Source: Octopus vulgaris
Lineage: Eukaryota
Direction: 5' to 3'
Length of the DNA: 64,000 nucleotides
Assembly: GCA_951406725.2 (NCBI GenBank)
Contig: OX597830.1
Location: 36,642,001 to 36,706,000, forward strand
Shown here in pieces: positions 12,135 to 25,643 of this stretch. The position numbers and the translations under genes were made by a program. Numbering within the stretch: the stretch's first letter is position 1; every line of letters begins with the position of its first letter. The notes under the pieces were generated by a model, which saw nothing but the letters and a program-made list of their open reading frames with translations, was not told where the DNA came from and searched no databases.

Positions 12135-13188
12135 GTATGAAGAACAATCACAATCATATAAGCTGACAGACCTTCTCAACCCGCATAAACTATTTATTCA
12201 GCTGCTGAAGTCAATGGCCTTTGACCATAGTGTGTTGTTGGATCTTCTCACCTCTCCAGAGACTTGCTTCCTCTTATATTTTCTTAAATATCTAAAGTTA
12301 GTCTCACAAGAATGGTGCTTGTTTGTGCAGTTGCATAAGGAATATAGTTATGTTGCTGAATGCAACAGAAACAATTATCTAAATCCCGCAGACAATAGCC
12401 AAGCTCAAAGTTCAAAAGATGGGCCACAGCAAAATGTGTATGTGTGTTCTGATTCAATGGACAGCGCTTCATATGAGATGAAAATAAGCAGAGAGAAACC
12501 TCAAATCTCTTTGCACAGCAGTGCATCAGATGTTCATGAAAGCCAAAGTGATTTTAATGAAGGATCATTATTAACTTGCAAACAATCAAATGAAAGGGAA
12601 ACTGAGAAAATGAAGGAATACAAACCAAGTATTGGGTTGTCATGGATACAGATGTATTCAGACAGTGAAGAAGAATCAGTTTCAGAGAACAATAGCTCTA
12701 ATGGCCATACTACAATTGATAGCTCACTTCCAGTTTGTGATAACATTTCTGATTCCTGTGCTGACTCATCTATTCAAAATATTGATGACTTTTCACTACC
12801 AGAAGTTTTTGATGAAAGTCAGTGCAGTATAATAAAGGAACACTATCCTTCCACTGCCGTATTAAAACCATTTACTGACACTCATACCAATGTACAAAAG
12901 TCTAGTAATGGCAAAGGAATTGAAAATATCAACAGAACAGAGGATCGAATAGATCCAGATACAGTGTCACATACTGATGATAGCAATTCACCGAAACCTT
13001 ATCAGAAACAAAATGATGCTTGTTCTAAATTCTCATGTTTTGTATCAAATGCCCTTGATCAAACGCTAGGGTGTCTTATTCGATTACAATTTTCTCTAGA
13101 AAGGTTAAACAGATCTGGAATGTTTCCATATAACCCAGAAAAATTGATCCAGGCCTTACAGCAATGTATCTGTTTGTATGAATCTTGA
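12135..13188 (+). CDS. LINS1: Lines homolog, terminal coding exon
   Basis: Acceptor ttgtag|g. Encodes NPHKLFIQLLKSMAFDHSVLLDLLTSPETCFLLYFLKYLK and C-terminal CLIRLQFSLERL...FPYNP, both hallmark Lines blocks, separated by an acidic Ser-rich linker. Stop TGA at 13186-13188. Confidence 0.93.
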
Positions 13189-13213
13189 CAGGATATTTAT
13201 TATTATTATTATT

Positions 13214-13768
13214 GAGTGAGAGAGCAGTGCATGCCATGAAAGTGACACTGGGGTAAAATATACGAAGCCCAGTATACCCATCATGACTACTCGAATGATA
13301 AGGGTACACCAGGCACATGCATCACAACCATATGTACGCAACATGGTTATCACATACCAAGATAAACAGTGCATGACCTTGCAGGTGGGGCCCAGTTACA
13401 ATTCTCTTTTGGTCGAGTAACCCATCCCGCTCAAAAGGTCCCTGAATAAGGGTTGTTTAAGGATGTTGAACGAAACACCCATGTTTCTAGAGGTGAATTA
13501 TTCAAATCCCAAAGAATCCCTCTCAACACATGGCTATGATGCTCCCCCACTACTTCTGCTCGTGATCAGAGATACACATATCGTCAGCCACTAAGAGACA
13601 TGCTCAACTGGTTATGGTCAAACAACTGACAAGCAAATCTGTGGTATTGAGCAGAATATTTGTTGTAGCCCATCTTTTATAGCAAGACAAAACAATGTAC
13701 ATGATAACACTTCCAATCAGTTAAAATCAGAAGTCACGAGAGCTACTGCTTGGTACTGCATCAGGACA
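13214..13768 (-). mobile_element. Second copy of the 555-bp (AAT)n-associated element
   Basis: Aligns end to end with 9583-10137. Begins 25 nt after the Lines stop codon. Confidence 0.88.
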
Positions 13769-13769
13769 T

Positions 13770-13805
13770 TTATTATTATTACCGTTATTATCATTATTAT
13801 TATCC

Positions 13806-13867
<62 letters not shown>

Positions 13868-13894
13868 TCCTTATTATTATTATTATTATTATCC

Positions 13895-13958
<64 letters not shown>

Positions 13959-14062
13959 CCTTATTATTATTATTATTATTCTCCTTATTATTATTATTAT
14001 TATTATTATTATCCTTATTATTATTATTATTATTCTCCTTATTATTATTATTATTATTATCC

Positions 14063-14123
<61 letters not shown>

Positions 14124-14149
14124 CCTTATTATTATTATTATTATTCTCC

Positions 14150-14206
<57 letters not shown>

Positions 14207-14209
14207 TCC

Positions 14210-14275
<66 letters not shown>

Positions 14276-14302
14276 TCCTTATTATTATTATTATTATTAT
14301 CC

Positions 14303-14355
<53 letters not shown>

Positions 14356-14484
14356 GAGTGAGAGAGCAGTTCATGCCATCAAAGTGACACTGGGGTAAAA
14401 TATACGAAGCCCATATTATCCTTATTATTATTATTATTATTATCCTTATTATTATTATCATTATTATTATTATTATTATTATCC

Positions 14485-14522
<38 letters not shown>

Positions 14523-14523
14523 C

Positions 14524-14557
<34 letters not shown>

Positions 14558-14589
14558 CCTTATTATTATTATTATTATTATTATTATCC

Positions 14590-14630
<41 letters not shown>
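13770..14630. repeat. Long (ATT)n array with periodic CTC/CTT/ATC interruptions
   Basis: Directly visible. Confidence 0.97.
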
Positions 14631-14635
<5 letters not shown>

Positions 14636-14890
14636 AGACGTCACACAGTATACAATATCGTGAGGTTGTTGATTGAAGATATGTCTACCGGGGGGGTTTG
14701 TACTGTTTGTCAAGTCACAACAAGCACCTCAGACAGACATTACTTTATGCAATAAGCGTGCAGTTCCAAGTAATGCCGACTTTTGCAATATGCCTAGATT
14801 GTAGAGTATTTCTAAGGTTTCCAGATGTTTTTTTTCAAATTGGCTGGTATTGATGACAATAGGGATAACCTTTATATCCGACTCTCGCAC
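14631..14890 (-). mobile_element. R4/Dong-like non-LTR element, 3' end
   Basis: Reverse translation IPIVI...LGILQKSALLGTARLLHKVMSV*, short UTR, then (AAT)n tail. Confidence 0.8.
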
Positions 14891-15047
14891 AGTAAAGTGT
14901 ACATTAAAACGATCATGTTTTTTTTTATTATGAACAGTTCAAATATGAATTTTTGTTATTTTTGATATTAAGAAATAATTGCTACCTATAAATTACCAGC
15001 ATGCTTGTTTTTTTTAAAAATTTTATTTTATCATGTGTTTCTGTGTA

Positions 15048-15735
15048 CAGTAATCCCTTGACTATCGCGAGTGTTACGTTGCAAAAGCCCCCGCGATAGG
15101 CGAAAATCTGCAAAGTAGAAACAGTGCTGTACTCTCTTTACTCTCTTTTACTCGTTTCAGTCATTTGACTGCGGCCATGCTGGAGCACCGCCTTTAATCA
15201 AGCAACTCGACCCCGGAACTTATTGTTTTTGTAAGCCCAGTACTTATTCTATCGGTCTCTTTTGCCGAACCGCTAAGTGACGGGGACGTAAACACACCAG
15301 CATCGGTTGTCAAGCAATGCTAGGGGGATAAACACAGACACACAATCACACACACGCATATATATATATATATATACATATATACGACAGGCTTCTTTCA
15401 GTTTCCGTCTACCAAATCCACTCACAAGGCATTGGTCAGCCTGGGGCTATAGCAGAAGACACTTGCCCAAGGTGCCACGCAGTGGGACTGAACCCAGAAC
15501 CATGTGGTTGGTTAGCAAGCTACTTACCACACAGCCACTCCTGCGCCTTTACTGCATATTTTTTTTTTTACTATTTTTATAATTTGTATATATTTATTTT
15601 ATTGTAAATGTAAAGCAACCAGAGGAATCAACATAGGCTTAAATAATAAACCGCAATATGGTAAGGATTTACGATAGGAATTATGGCAAGGAATTACGAT
15701 AGGAATTACGGCAAGGAACCGCGATATATGGCAAG
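15048..15735. mobile_element. Pogo/Tigger-like MITE interrupted by a family A SINE
   Basis: ta|cagtaatcccttgactatcgcg terminus, related to 55191-55673. Confidence 0.65.
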
Positions 15736-15859
15736 GAATATTAAGTCCATCTGAGTTCAAGTTCTGCCGAAGTCGACTGTCGATAAATACGAGAATTTTT
15801 GTTTTATCCACTTTTGAAATATCTGAAGTCGCCAAAGATGCAATAAATTGAATTTCTTT

Positions 15860-16978
15860 TGATTTAGTAGTTAGTGATATGAAAACGTGGGTAAATTAGA
15901 GAGCTGGTGTTTGTTGTAGCTGTAATTGTTGTCGCACAATTGGCTGCTGACCCGGTCATCAACTGTGGGTTGAATTAAGGAGTGGCTGAATCTGAGTCAG
16001 TTGTTGTGGTGATCGTGGTGGCGACGACAGCGGTGGTGCTAGTGGTTGTCGTTTTTGTTGTTGAAAAGTATGTGAAGAATAGTTGCTGTAGTTTAGAGAT
16101 TTATGGTAGTAAACGCATCCTACACAGGTATATATGTGAACAGAGACGGACATTAAAAAATCATTTTGAAAGAAAATTTTTGAAATTTCCCAAAATATAC
16201 ATTCAGAAAGGATTTTTCAGGTGAGAACTTACACTGAATAAATTTTCCTACTCTTTGAATAAAGTTTATACTGATATCATTTTGTGTTTAACTAAAAAAA
16301 AGCATAACTTTGAAGAAATCGGAAAAAAAAATTGTTTGAACTGAAATCTCTTACGAGTTTAATTTAAAAATACATAAATTTTAAGAAATTGTTACTCTTA
16401 CTACGATATTATACTTTAGAATTAATTATTGCGAATATCAGTGTCCAAAAATAATGAATCACTACCGAAAAAGAGAACTGAAGCAATCATTGCTGAATTT
16501 CCAATCTGATTCATCTAAACAGAAGAAAATTTCAAACGAAGTTTCGCAGCTCAAGGGAGGTCTTGCAAAGTCTTTGACACCCTCATTGGATGATCTAGGA
16601 CAGGTCGACTGCCAACCAGTGCAGCCAGTTCTAGCAAAGTTTGATCCCAAAATTTATGGAAATCAGAGACGTGACTTCTCGTCATGCTGGTATATATACT
16701 GGTCGTCCATGGTTAGAGTATTCTCTTTCAAAAAAAGTCTTGTTTTGTTTTGCTTGTCAGCACTTTAATACTTTTGCTCAAGCTGATACTTGTTTTATTA
16801 AAAATGGATAGGCGCAGGAGTGGCTGTGTGGTAAGTAGCTTACTTACCAACCACATGGTTCCTCCGGGTTCAGTCCCACTGCGTGGCACCTTGGGCAAGT
16901 GTCTTCTACTATAGCCTCGGGCCGACCAAAGCCTTGTGAGTGGATTTGGTAGACGGAAACTGAAAGAAGCCCGTCGTA

Positions 16979-17015
<37 letters not shown>

Positions 17016-19206
17016 TTGTGTGTCTGTGTGTGTCCCCCTAGCATTGCTTGACAACCGATGCTGGTGTGTTTACGTCCCCGTCACTTAGCGGTTCAGCAAA
17101 AGAGACCGATAGAAAAAGTACTGGGCTTACAAAGAATAAGTCCCGGGGTCGAGTTGCTCGACTAAAGGCGGTGCTCCAGCATGGCCTCAGTCAAATGACT
17201 GAAACAAGTAAAAGAGTAAAGAGAGTATTCTAATTGGCATTATGCAAAAGAAAAAAATCAACAAAGGTTTAAATAAGCACGCAAAATCTGCATCCCGCCA
17301 ACAGCGTTTATCCACAACAACATCCGTGTCTTCAATCTTGCAAAATGATCAGTTGAGCAAAAACCGTTATTATATCAGTTCCATTGTTGTTCATTTTCTT
17401 TGTGCAAACGAATTGCCTTTTCTAGGAAACAAAAATGAAGCTTTTTAGGATCTTTATTCGGAAGATGACACGCAGCCTTGTGGTCTTTTTATGAAATTAT
17501 TCCAGTACGCATCAGAGATTGACTCAAAGCTAATGGAATGTTACAGCATGATTCCAAAAAATGCGACCTAGACCTCAGCAGCAATGCAAAACGAAATCAT
17601 CGAATTGTTGTGAAGACACACTGTCAGCCTCGTGGTCGATGAAATAAAATGTTTCAATGTTCCTTATTTTACGCTGAAATGTGATGGAACGCGTGATACT
17701 GAAAATCTTGTAATTGTTATTAGGTACTTGCAAAACGGGAGGGTTCTGGAAAAGTTAGTTGCGATGCCAACTACTCAACATTATGATGCTGAAACATTGG
17801 CCGATTAAATAATTAAGGAATTAACCAACCTTTGCATTGACCCAAAGCGTATGTTGTCACAATGCTTTGATGATGCTTCTGTGATGTCTGGCAAAATAGG
17901 TGGCATTCAAAGAATTTCTCGACTTGAGAAATATATACCTTATGTTCATTGTCTTAATCATCAGTTGCATTTTATCGTGGTTAACACAATAAAGCTGATT
18001 CCGGAGTTAGCTACGTTCTTTGACACCGTTAATATTCTTCATAATTTTATTAAGCGACCAAAGATAGCTAGTCTCTGGAAAGGATTGAAGTTGCCACGTT
18101 TTATGGAGCAAAGGTGGTCGGGTCATTTCACTGCCATTGCTTCTATAATAAAAAAAAAATCACTCCAAAATTGTTGGTTTGCTAACCGAATGCACAGATT
18201 CGTCAGATTCAAAAACGTGTATAGGGGTAACTGGAATTTTAGATCAAGTTCGTTCTCCAAGGTTTGTTTTTCTAGCCCTTGTTCTTAGCAAATTTCTGCA
18301 TATAAATAGACCAATAGACAAACAGCTTCAGAGTCACAAATGTGATATATACTATGGCCTTGGGTTTCTTAAGGTTGCTAAGAGTGAAATAACCAAACTG
18401 AGAAACTTTGATATTTGATGAGATTCTGAAACAAATGAGTTAATTTAATGTTATTGAGGAACGCATATGTCGAAAAGTTTGCGGGTCCCGACGTTTTTCA
18501 GATTATGTTGTTGAAGCCCTGGAACTATCACAAGATGACTGGATAGCCTTGCATCGCAAAATTTATTTCATGATCATCGATGAAAGTTTGGGAGAGCTAG
18601 ATAATGGATTTTCAGAGCAAAACGATAGTATATATTCTTCCTTGGCAAGTCTACTACCAACGTCCGAGACATTTTTGGATTTTGATGCTTTTAAAACCTT
18701 TGAGCAATTTAGTTAATTGTGATAAATCGGCCTTACTTTCTGAACTTACTGTGGCAAAAGCAAACATTTCCAAACAAGATATGATGATACTGCTTGATAT
18801 TTTTGGATCTTTACGTATTGTACAGGATGCCTTTCCAAATGTTTATCTTTTGTATGGTGCAGCATTAACATTTGGATCTAGCACAGCTACACGTGGATCA
18901 TCGTTTTCGACGCAAACTCGAATTATGACACCCTTTCGACGAAATATGAAGTACCAGCGAAAACCAAACCTCGTGATACTTGCTTCTCTTAATAAATACA
19001 AATCAAGTATAGACAAGGATGATTTTCTTAAATTTTTTTGCCTTGCGTTGCCGTAGATTGTAGTTGTATTAAATAAATGTAACATGATTTTATTTCGTGT
19101 TCTGAATTTTTTCGAGAGACTTGTGTCGTACAGTTCTCGCACGACATAATAAAATAATACACTAAGTCCGTTTAAGAGATAGTACTAGATGCTTGTCCGC
19201 TCACTG
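15860..19206 (+). pseudogene. hAT transposon with decayed ZMYM1/DUF4371-type transposase
   Basis: TTF zinc-finger-like RDFSSCWY..WLEYS...ACQHF, then LKCDGTRD, QCFDDASVMSG, YVHCLNHQL, QRWS and hATC-like FPNVYLLY...TFGSSTAT. Many stops and frameshifts. Putative right terminus ccgctcactg at 19206. SINE inserted at 16811-17225. Confidence 0.88.
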
Positions 19207-19409
19207 GCACTATTCAAACTTCCGAGTCGACACATTGCTCATGAGCTGTCGGTCGGTGAACCCATTGGCATTACTCCACCATATTTATCCTTGTGGACTA
19301 ATCCATTGTTCTACCTTGGTGGGTGTTCTATTTCCACACAACAGAGAAATAATCAAATTTTATAAACAGTACGGTTTTTAGAGTTCTGTTCAGCGGATGT
19401 AATACAAAA

Positions 19410-19858
19410 GACCATTAGGAAAAAAGCCCCCTAAGACAAAAGCCCATAAGACAAATGCCACAATAGTTAGAGTATGAAATTTTGATCTTTTTTACAATCG
19501 CGGTTTCCGTTTTTGTTTATTTGAAATTATATTAAAAATAATGTTTAAAGATTAGGCTGTTATCTGTAGCATGTGGAAATACCTTTTAGGCTTAACTATG
19601 TGCTTGTTGAAAATCTTAAAAAATATATTGGAGTCGATACATTCGACTAAAAACTTTTCGAGGTGATGCCCCAGCATGGCCTCAGTTTAATGATTGCAAC
19701 AAATAAAATGAAGAAAAAAAACCCCCGAAATATATCAGAAGTTTTGAGCAGGCTAGGCGTCAAGAAATGTGGAAAAAAAAAAAAAAACGCCCGAAAAATA
19801 TAAGCATGGGGCTTTTGTCCACTTTCACACTTTAAGTAGGGGCTTTTGTCCGTACCCT
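19410..19858. mobile_element. Non-autonomous DNA transposon with repeated-motif termini
   Basis: gacaaaagccc repeats on the left are inverted to ggggcttttgtcc repeats on the right. Confidence 0.55.
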
Positions 19859-20248
19859 TGTTCAGCACCCACAGCTATCAACATAGCACCCACAGTTGCA
19901 ATCGGTTGGCTACATGGCTGATACAAACACACGCATGCATGCATACATACATTCATATAAACACACACACATATATATACACACACATACAGAATACAAA
20001 CATGCACGCATACATATAAACATACACACATACATATAAATACACACAAACATACATATAAATACACACACACACATACATACAAACATACACGCATGCA
20101 TGCATACGTACATACATATATCTAAATATACACATATACATACATATAGATATACATACTTACACATACATACAGACATACATACTTACACGAATACATA
20201 CGTACAACATACATACTATATACATACATACATACATACATACATACA

Positions 20249-20280
<32 letters not shown>

Positions 20281-20309
20281 AATATACACATACAAACATA
20301 CATGCATAC

Positions 20310-20640
20310 ATGAAGACCCCCTTCGGTCATGAATGACCATGGGATTGCACCTAGAAAGTTACCCTCCTAGACACAAGTCCGGGCAAGGTTGTTTATGGAA
20401 GACCAGCAGTCGCCCATGCATACCAGCCTCTCCTCTCCACACCACCAGTGTTATCCAAGGGAAAGACAAAGGTCGATACAGCTTGGCACCAGTGACGTCG
20501 CAACTCATTTCTACAGGTGAGTGAACTGGAGCAACGTGAAATAAAGTGCCTTGCTCAAGAACACAACACGCAGCCCGGTCCGGGATTCGAGCTCACAACC
20601 TCACGATCGTAAAACTCGACGCTCTAACCACTGAGCCTAC
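20310..20640 (-). mobile_element. CORE-type tRNA SINE
   Basis: gctcagtggttagagcg...gagctcgaatccc head followed by tcttgagcaaggcactttatttcacgttgctccag. Confidence 0.8.
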
Positions 20641-20744
20641 ATACGTACATACATATTAGCATACACACACATATATACATTTAAACATACATACACATAT
20701 ATATATATATGTATATGTATATGCTTGTGTGTGTATGTGTGTGT

Positions 20745-20806
<62 letters not shown>

Positions 20807-21228
20807 TGAGTGTTTTATAAACCTCGTTGAGAAATAAATTCACCTTGCCAACACAGAAATCATTGCCATTAGCTCTTAAACATGTTTTACAGGGAAATTT
20901 GAAGAGGATGAAGAACCGATAAAAACCATTATTTTCAGATAGCATCCCTTTTAAGCTCTGCATACAAAACGGTGAGTTACGAAAATTATATGTTGAAAAA
21001 AAAAATGCCAAAAAAAATAAAAAACTACAAAGAAGTAACTTGATGGTCTATAAAAAAATCCAACTTAAACCTTACCGACTTTTATCCCACGAAACATCAA
21101 ATACAACTGTTTGAATTAAGCAACATCTATCACAACTCAGCTCTAAGCAACTATTTAAACTGATTTAGTTAGATATATTAAATATAGGAAATAGAATACT
21201 TCACAGTACGGAAACCAATATTAGGAGC

Positions 21229-21277
<49 letters not shown>

Positions 21278-21727
21278 GTATTGGGGGCGATGTACAGATT
21301 TAATACATATGAAAAAAAAAGGCGTTCAACCATCCAGCATACTGAATGCCTTTTTCTTTCATATATATATATATACATACACACGCATACATACACACAC
21401 ATATGTATATAAGGGTACGATCCAAGGATCCAAGAGTAGGAAGTTTGTAAGCTTCAAGCAGTCCGTGGTAGATACAGAAAGCAAAAAGTGGGCAGTGTAT
21501 GATTAGGAACAATAACAATATATTGGCGTCGAAGGTTACACAATTTTTCCTATATCGCAGTCACGAGTAAATTCGATAAGCAGAAAGTTTCTGTATAGGC
21601 CACAGTTACCAACTAGAGTTGTTATAAATGCGAATAAAAATCCAAATGAGTGAATGGAACGGGTAAAATCCAGGCTACATATGTTTCTTAGCTAGCTGAC
21701 CCTTTGATATCAATAATTACTCAACGA

Positions 21728-21910
21728 GGAGTACTCAACGTAGCTAATCATCAGGCTGAGAATAGCTTAATTACACGAAAGTTACATTGTCGTTTGGGAT
21801 TTCCGAGTTAAGTCACCAAAGATATGACTTCAACTTGGAAATTCCAAGCGACAATGTAATTATGTAATTAAAGCATTCCCGGCCTGATAGTTAGCCACGC
21901 TGAGTACTCC
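21728..21910. repeat. About 183-nt imperfect hairpin (probable palindromic MITE)
   Basis: ggagtactcaacgtagctaa...aagtca pairs with tgactt...ttagccacgctgagtactcc around a 9-nt loop. Confidence 0.85.
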
Positions 21911-22797
21911 GGCACATACAAATGGAGTCTGAAAACGCTCGATATATGAACTTTAGCAAATTAAGGTCAACACTTATTGGAAAGAAGATAAAGCTGATGT
22001 ATATACTTACGTAATTTTAAACACTACAGATTATCTCGAAAAAGCGAAGACCCCCCATGCTCCACAAAAAAACTAGTATCATACTCTCTGATACTAATAA
22101 ACTCAGGTGTATAAAGAAGGATATTTCACTAACATCTAAAAACCAAAATTTATTAAACACTACTTATAGTTTTAAATCATTCAACTGCGTAGTTCTGTAG
22201 TTAGTAACGTTTTCACTACCAAGGAACCCATTTTTTTTATTTGAATAAATTTCCCCAAGGAGTAAAGGCTTTTGAAAGGCCTTTCCATTCACAAAATTCT
22301 GAATATTGCATACAACTCCTCAGTAAAATTTTTGTGGGCCCGTTGGGAAAAAACTGATTACCCTCCCAAACCAATTGTACTGAGGGGATTCAAACCTCAA
22401 CCATGAAATCATTAGTTTGCGATGATGATATGCCTCTACAGTTTCACGTGATTGATCCATAAATCGACCGATCAGTTTGAACACTTGGCATGATATGGCT
22501 TCTTGAATATTCTAAAATTCGTGCCCTTTTACCCCAGACAGAAATTTTGATGCACAGTAGTCCTCTTCGGACACTCAAGCAAGACAGGTCACAACATGCT
22601 ACAACTAGCCTTCAACTAGACACAGCGCGGTTCTCTTCTCCAGGGTTTAACAATATATCTGCATTTTTGCTTTTCCATATAGCTAACGTTTAAGCCAACA
22701 CACTAAATAATTTCTATCCATAAATATTGTTGAACGTTCATGAGTCAGCTTCATTTATAATACATGCAACCAACCACAATCACACGATGGTCTACAG

Positions 22798-23016
22798 CAG
22801 TGCTTTTCAAACTTCTTGCTGGAGCGGAACCCCAAGGAAACATTTCACTGGCTCGAGGAACCCCTGTGCAATAATTTAATAGTCTTATGCACACATATCT
22901 GCACAGGAGAATTAAAAATTACTGCCGATTTTAGCAGTTTTGTAACTTCTTGCGGAACCCCTGGACTGTACTGTCGGGACCCTAAGGTTCCGCGGAACCC
23001 TGGTTGAAAACCACTG
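22798..23016. mobile_element. hAT (Charlie-like) MITE
   Basis: TIR cagtgcttttcaa / ttgaaaaccactg. Perfect 8-bp TSD GTCTACAG at 22790-22797 and 23017-23024. Confidence 0.93.
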
Positions 23017-23502
23017 GTCTACAGCATACACACCGCCATAAGCAAGCTCCCGACAGTACCTCCATTAAGCCCAACATTGTTAAATACTGTCAAAAATTTT
23101 CTAATAGGTTAAGCGATTAGCAAAGAGTTTATATTACATAACATCACAGTGTACATTTTAGCGTCTTTTCATAAATGACTCATACACATAACAGACGTTC
23201 CGCATGGTATATGTCAACAAAATTCCACTTACGAGACATCAATCTATTAGAAGTTATGGCAGAAGATACTTGAGGTCTTGCCGAGATTCCTCCAAGCACT
23301 TGAAATTTTTTCAAATTTTCACCAGATTATATTTTCATAAACTGTAGTTTTGCATCCTGAAAAAAAAAAAAAAATCGCATTTATTTTTTGCTCTAGAAGT
23401 TAAAAATAAAGAAGCACCATTAATGTAGAAAATTAGAAAAAATAAATCTCGTAGAAATTTGGAATATTTCAAGTGGTTGAAAGAAATTTAACAAAATAAG
23501 GA

Positions 23503-24290
23503 GGCGAGCTGGCAGAAATGTTAGCACGCCGGGCGAAATGCGTAGGCGTATTTCGTCTGCTGTTACGTTCTGAGTTCAAATTCTGCCGAGGTCGACTTTG
23601 CCTTTCATCCTTTCGGGGTCGATAAATTAAGTACCAGTTACGCACTGGGATCGATGTAATCGACTTTATCCGTTTGTCTGTCCTTGTTTGTCCCCTCTAT
23701 GTTTAGCCCCTTGTGGGTAGTAAAGAAATGGGTATTTCGTCCGCCACTGCGTTCTGAGTTCAAATTCCGCCGAGGTCGACTTTTCCTTTCATCCTTTTGG
23801 GGTCGATTAAATAAGTACCAGTTACGCACTGAGGTCGATATAATCGACTTAATCCGTTTGTCTGTTCTTGTTTGTCCTCTCTGTGTTTAGCCCTTGTGGG
23901 TAGTAAAGAAAGAGGTAGTAAAGAAATAGGTATTTCGTCTGCCGCTACGTTCTGAGTTCAAATTCCGCCGAGGTCAACTTTGCCTTTCATCCTTTCGGGA
24001 TGGATAAATTAAGTACCAGTTAATTACTGGGATTGATGTAATCGACTTAATACCTTTGTCTGTCCTTGTTTGTCCCCTCTATGTTTAGCCCCTTTTGGGT
24101 AAAATAGAAATAGGTATTTCGTCTGCCGTTACGTTCTGAGTTCAAATTCCGCCGAGGTCGATTTTGCCTTTCATCCTTTCGTGGTCGATAAATTAAGTAC
24201 CAGTTTCGCACTGGGGTCGATGAAATCGACTTAATCCCTTTGTTTGTCCCCTCTGCGTTTAGCCCCTTGTGGGCAATAAAGAGATAAGAA
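23503..24290 (+). repeat. Head-to-tail array of four family B SINE units
   Basis: Units of about 185-200 bp restarting at gtatttcgtc near 23548, 23732, 23930 and 24114. Confidence 0.9.
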
Positions 24291-25180
24291 ATATAACAAA
24301 ATCGGACATTTGCCTAAAGTGTCGCGTAGTGATATAAATTTCATGAATACTTCACACGTATGCAGATATTTTCAGGTCTCCGTTTTAGCCCAATTTCGAA
24401 ACATTTTATTACATATTATATGTAGTAGGCGCAGGAGTGGCTGTGTGGTAAGTAGCTTGCTAACCAACCACATGGTTCCGGGTTCAATCCCACTGCGTGG
24501 CATCTTGGGCAAGTGTCTTCTACTATAGCCTCGGGCCGACCAATGCCTTGTGAGTGGATTTGGTAGACGGAAACTGAAAGAAGCCTGTCGTATATATGTA
24601 TATATATATATATGTGTGTATGTGTTTGTGTGTCTGTGTTTGTCCCCCCCAACATCGCTTGACAACCGATGCTGGTGTGTTTACGTCCCCGTTACTTAGC
24701 GGTTCGGCAAAAGAGACCGATAGAATAAGTACTGGGCTTACAAAGAATAAGTCCCAGGGTCGAATTGCTCGACTAAAGGCGGTGCTCCAGCATGGCCGCA
24801 GTCAAATGACTGAAACAAGTAAAAGACAAAAGAGAAAAGAGAAAGAGAGTAGGAAATATTCAAAACTGCTAGATCGTCTGAAACCATTAACATTTAGCCG
24901 ATATGCTGTGGGTGTTTAACCGCGGCCAGTCCTAGGTCAACATTTATCGAGTAGTCATAACCATTCCGCCTTTTTTCTTATCAAGTATGTTACATTGTCC
25001 AGTATATTTATCCTTTGGATGTGAGGATGTGATTTGATGGCGATTTCGTTGCAATTTCTCATATATTAAGATAATTCTCGATTTGCAATCTTTTGCAGGT
25101 CGTTGGGTAGGTATGTTGACGATATGCGTGCGCGCACACACACATACACAGATGTATATATGTATGTATATATGTATGTA

Positions 25181-25228
<48 letters not shown>

Positions 25229-25273
25229 AATAATTGGAAATAGAGAATTATCTTAACGTATATATATATATAT

Positions 25274-25316
<43 letters not shown>

Positions 25317-25452
25317 TATACACACACGCACACACACACATATATATATATACATACATATATATACACATATATAAACATATACATATATGTATATATA
25401 GATACACACATATATGCACACGCATATACGTACATATGAATATATATGTACC

Positions 25453-25489
<37 letters not shown>

Positions 25490-25579
25490 GTATGTATATA
25501 TATATACATATGTATATATGTTTATATATCTGTATGTATATTTATATTTACATATATATGCATGTATATAGATATGCAT

Positions 25580-25643
<64 letters not shown>

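Noticed and set aside
13750-14361. 203-aa poly-Ile ORF and the many YI/CV/HT-repeat ORFs
   Set aside because: Translations of (ATT)n, (TA)n, (TG)n and (CA)n microsatellites.
16454-19056. Domesticated ZMYM1-like host gene
   Set aside because: Multiple stops, frameshifts and a SINE insertion show a dead hAT copy.
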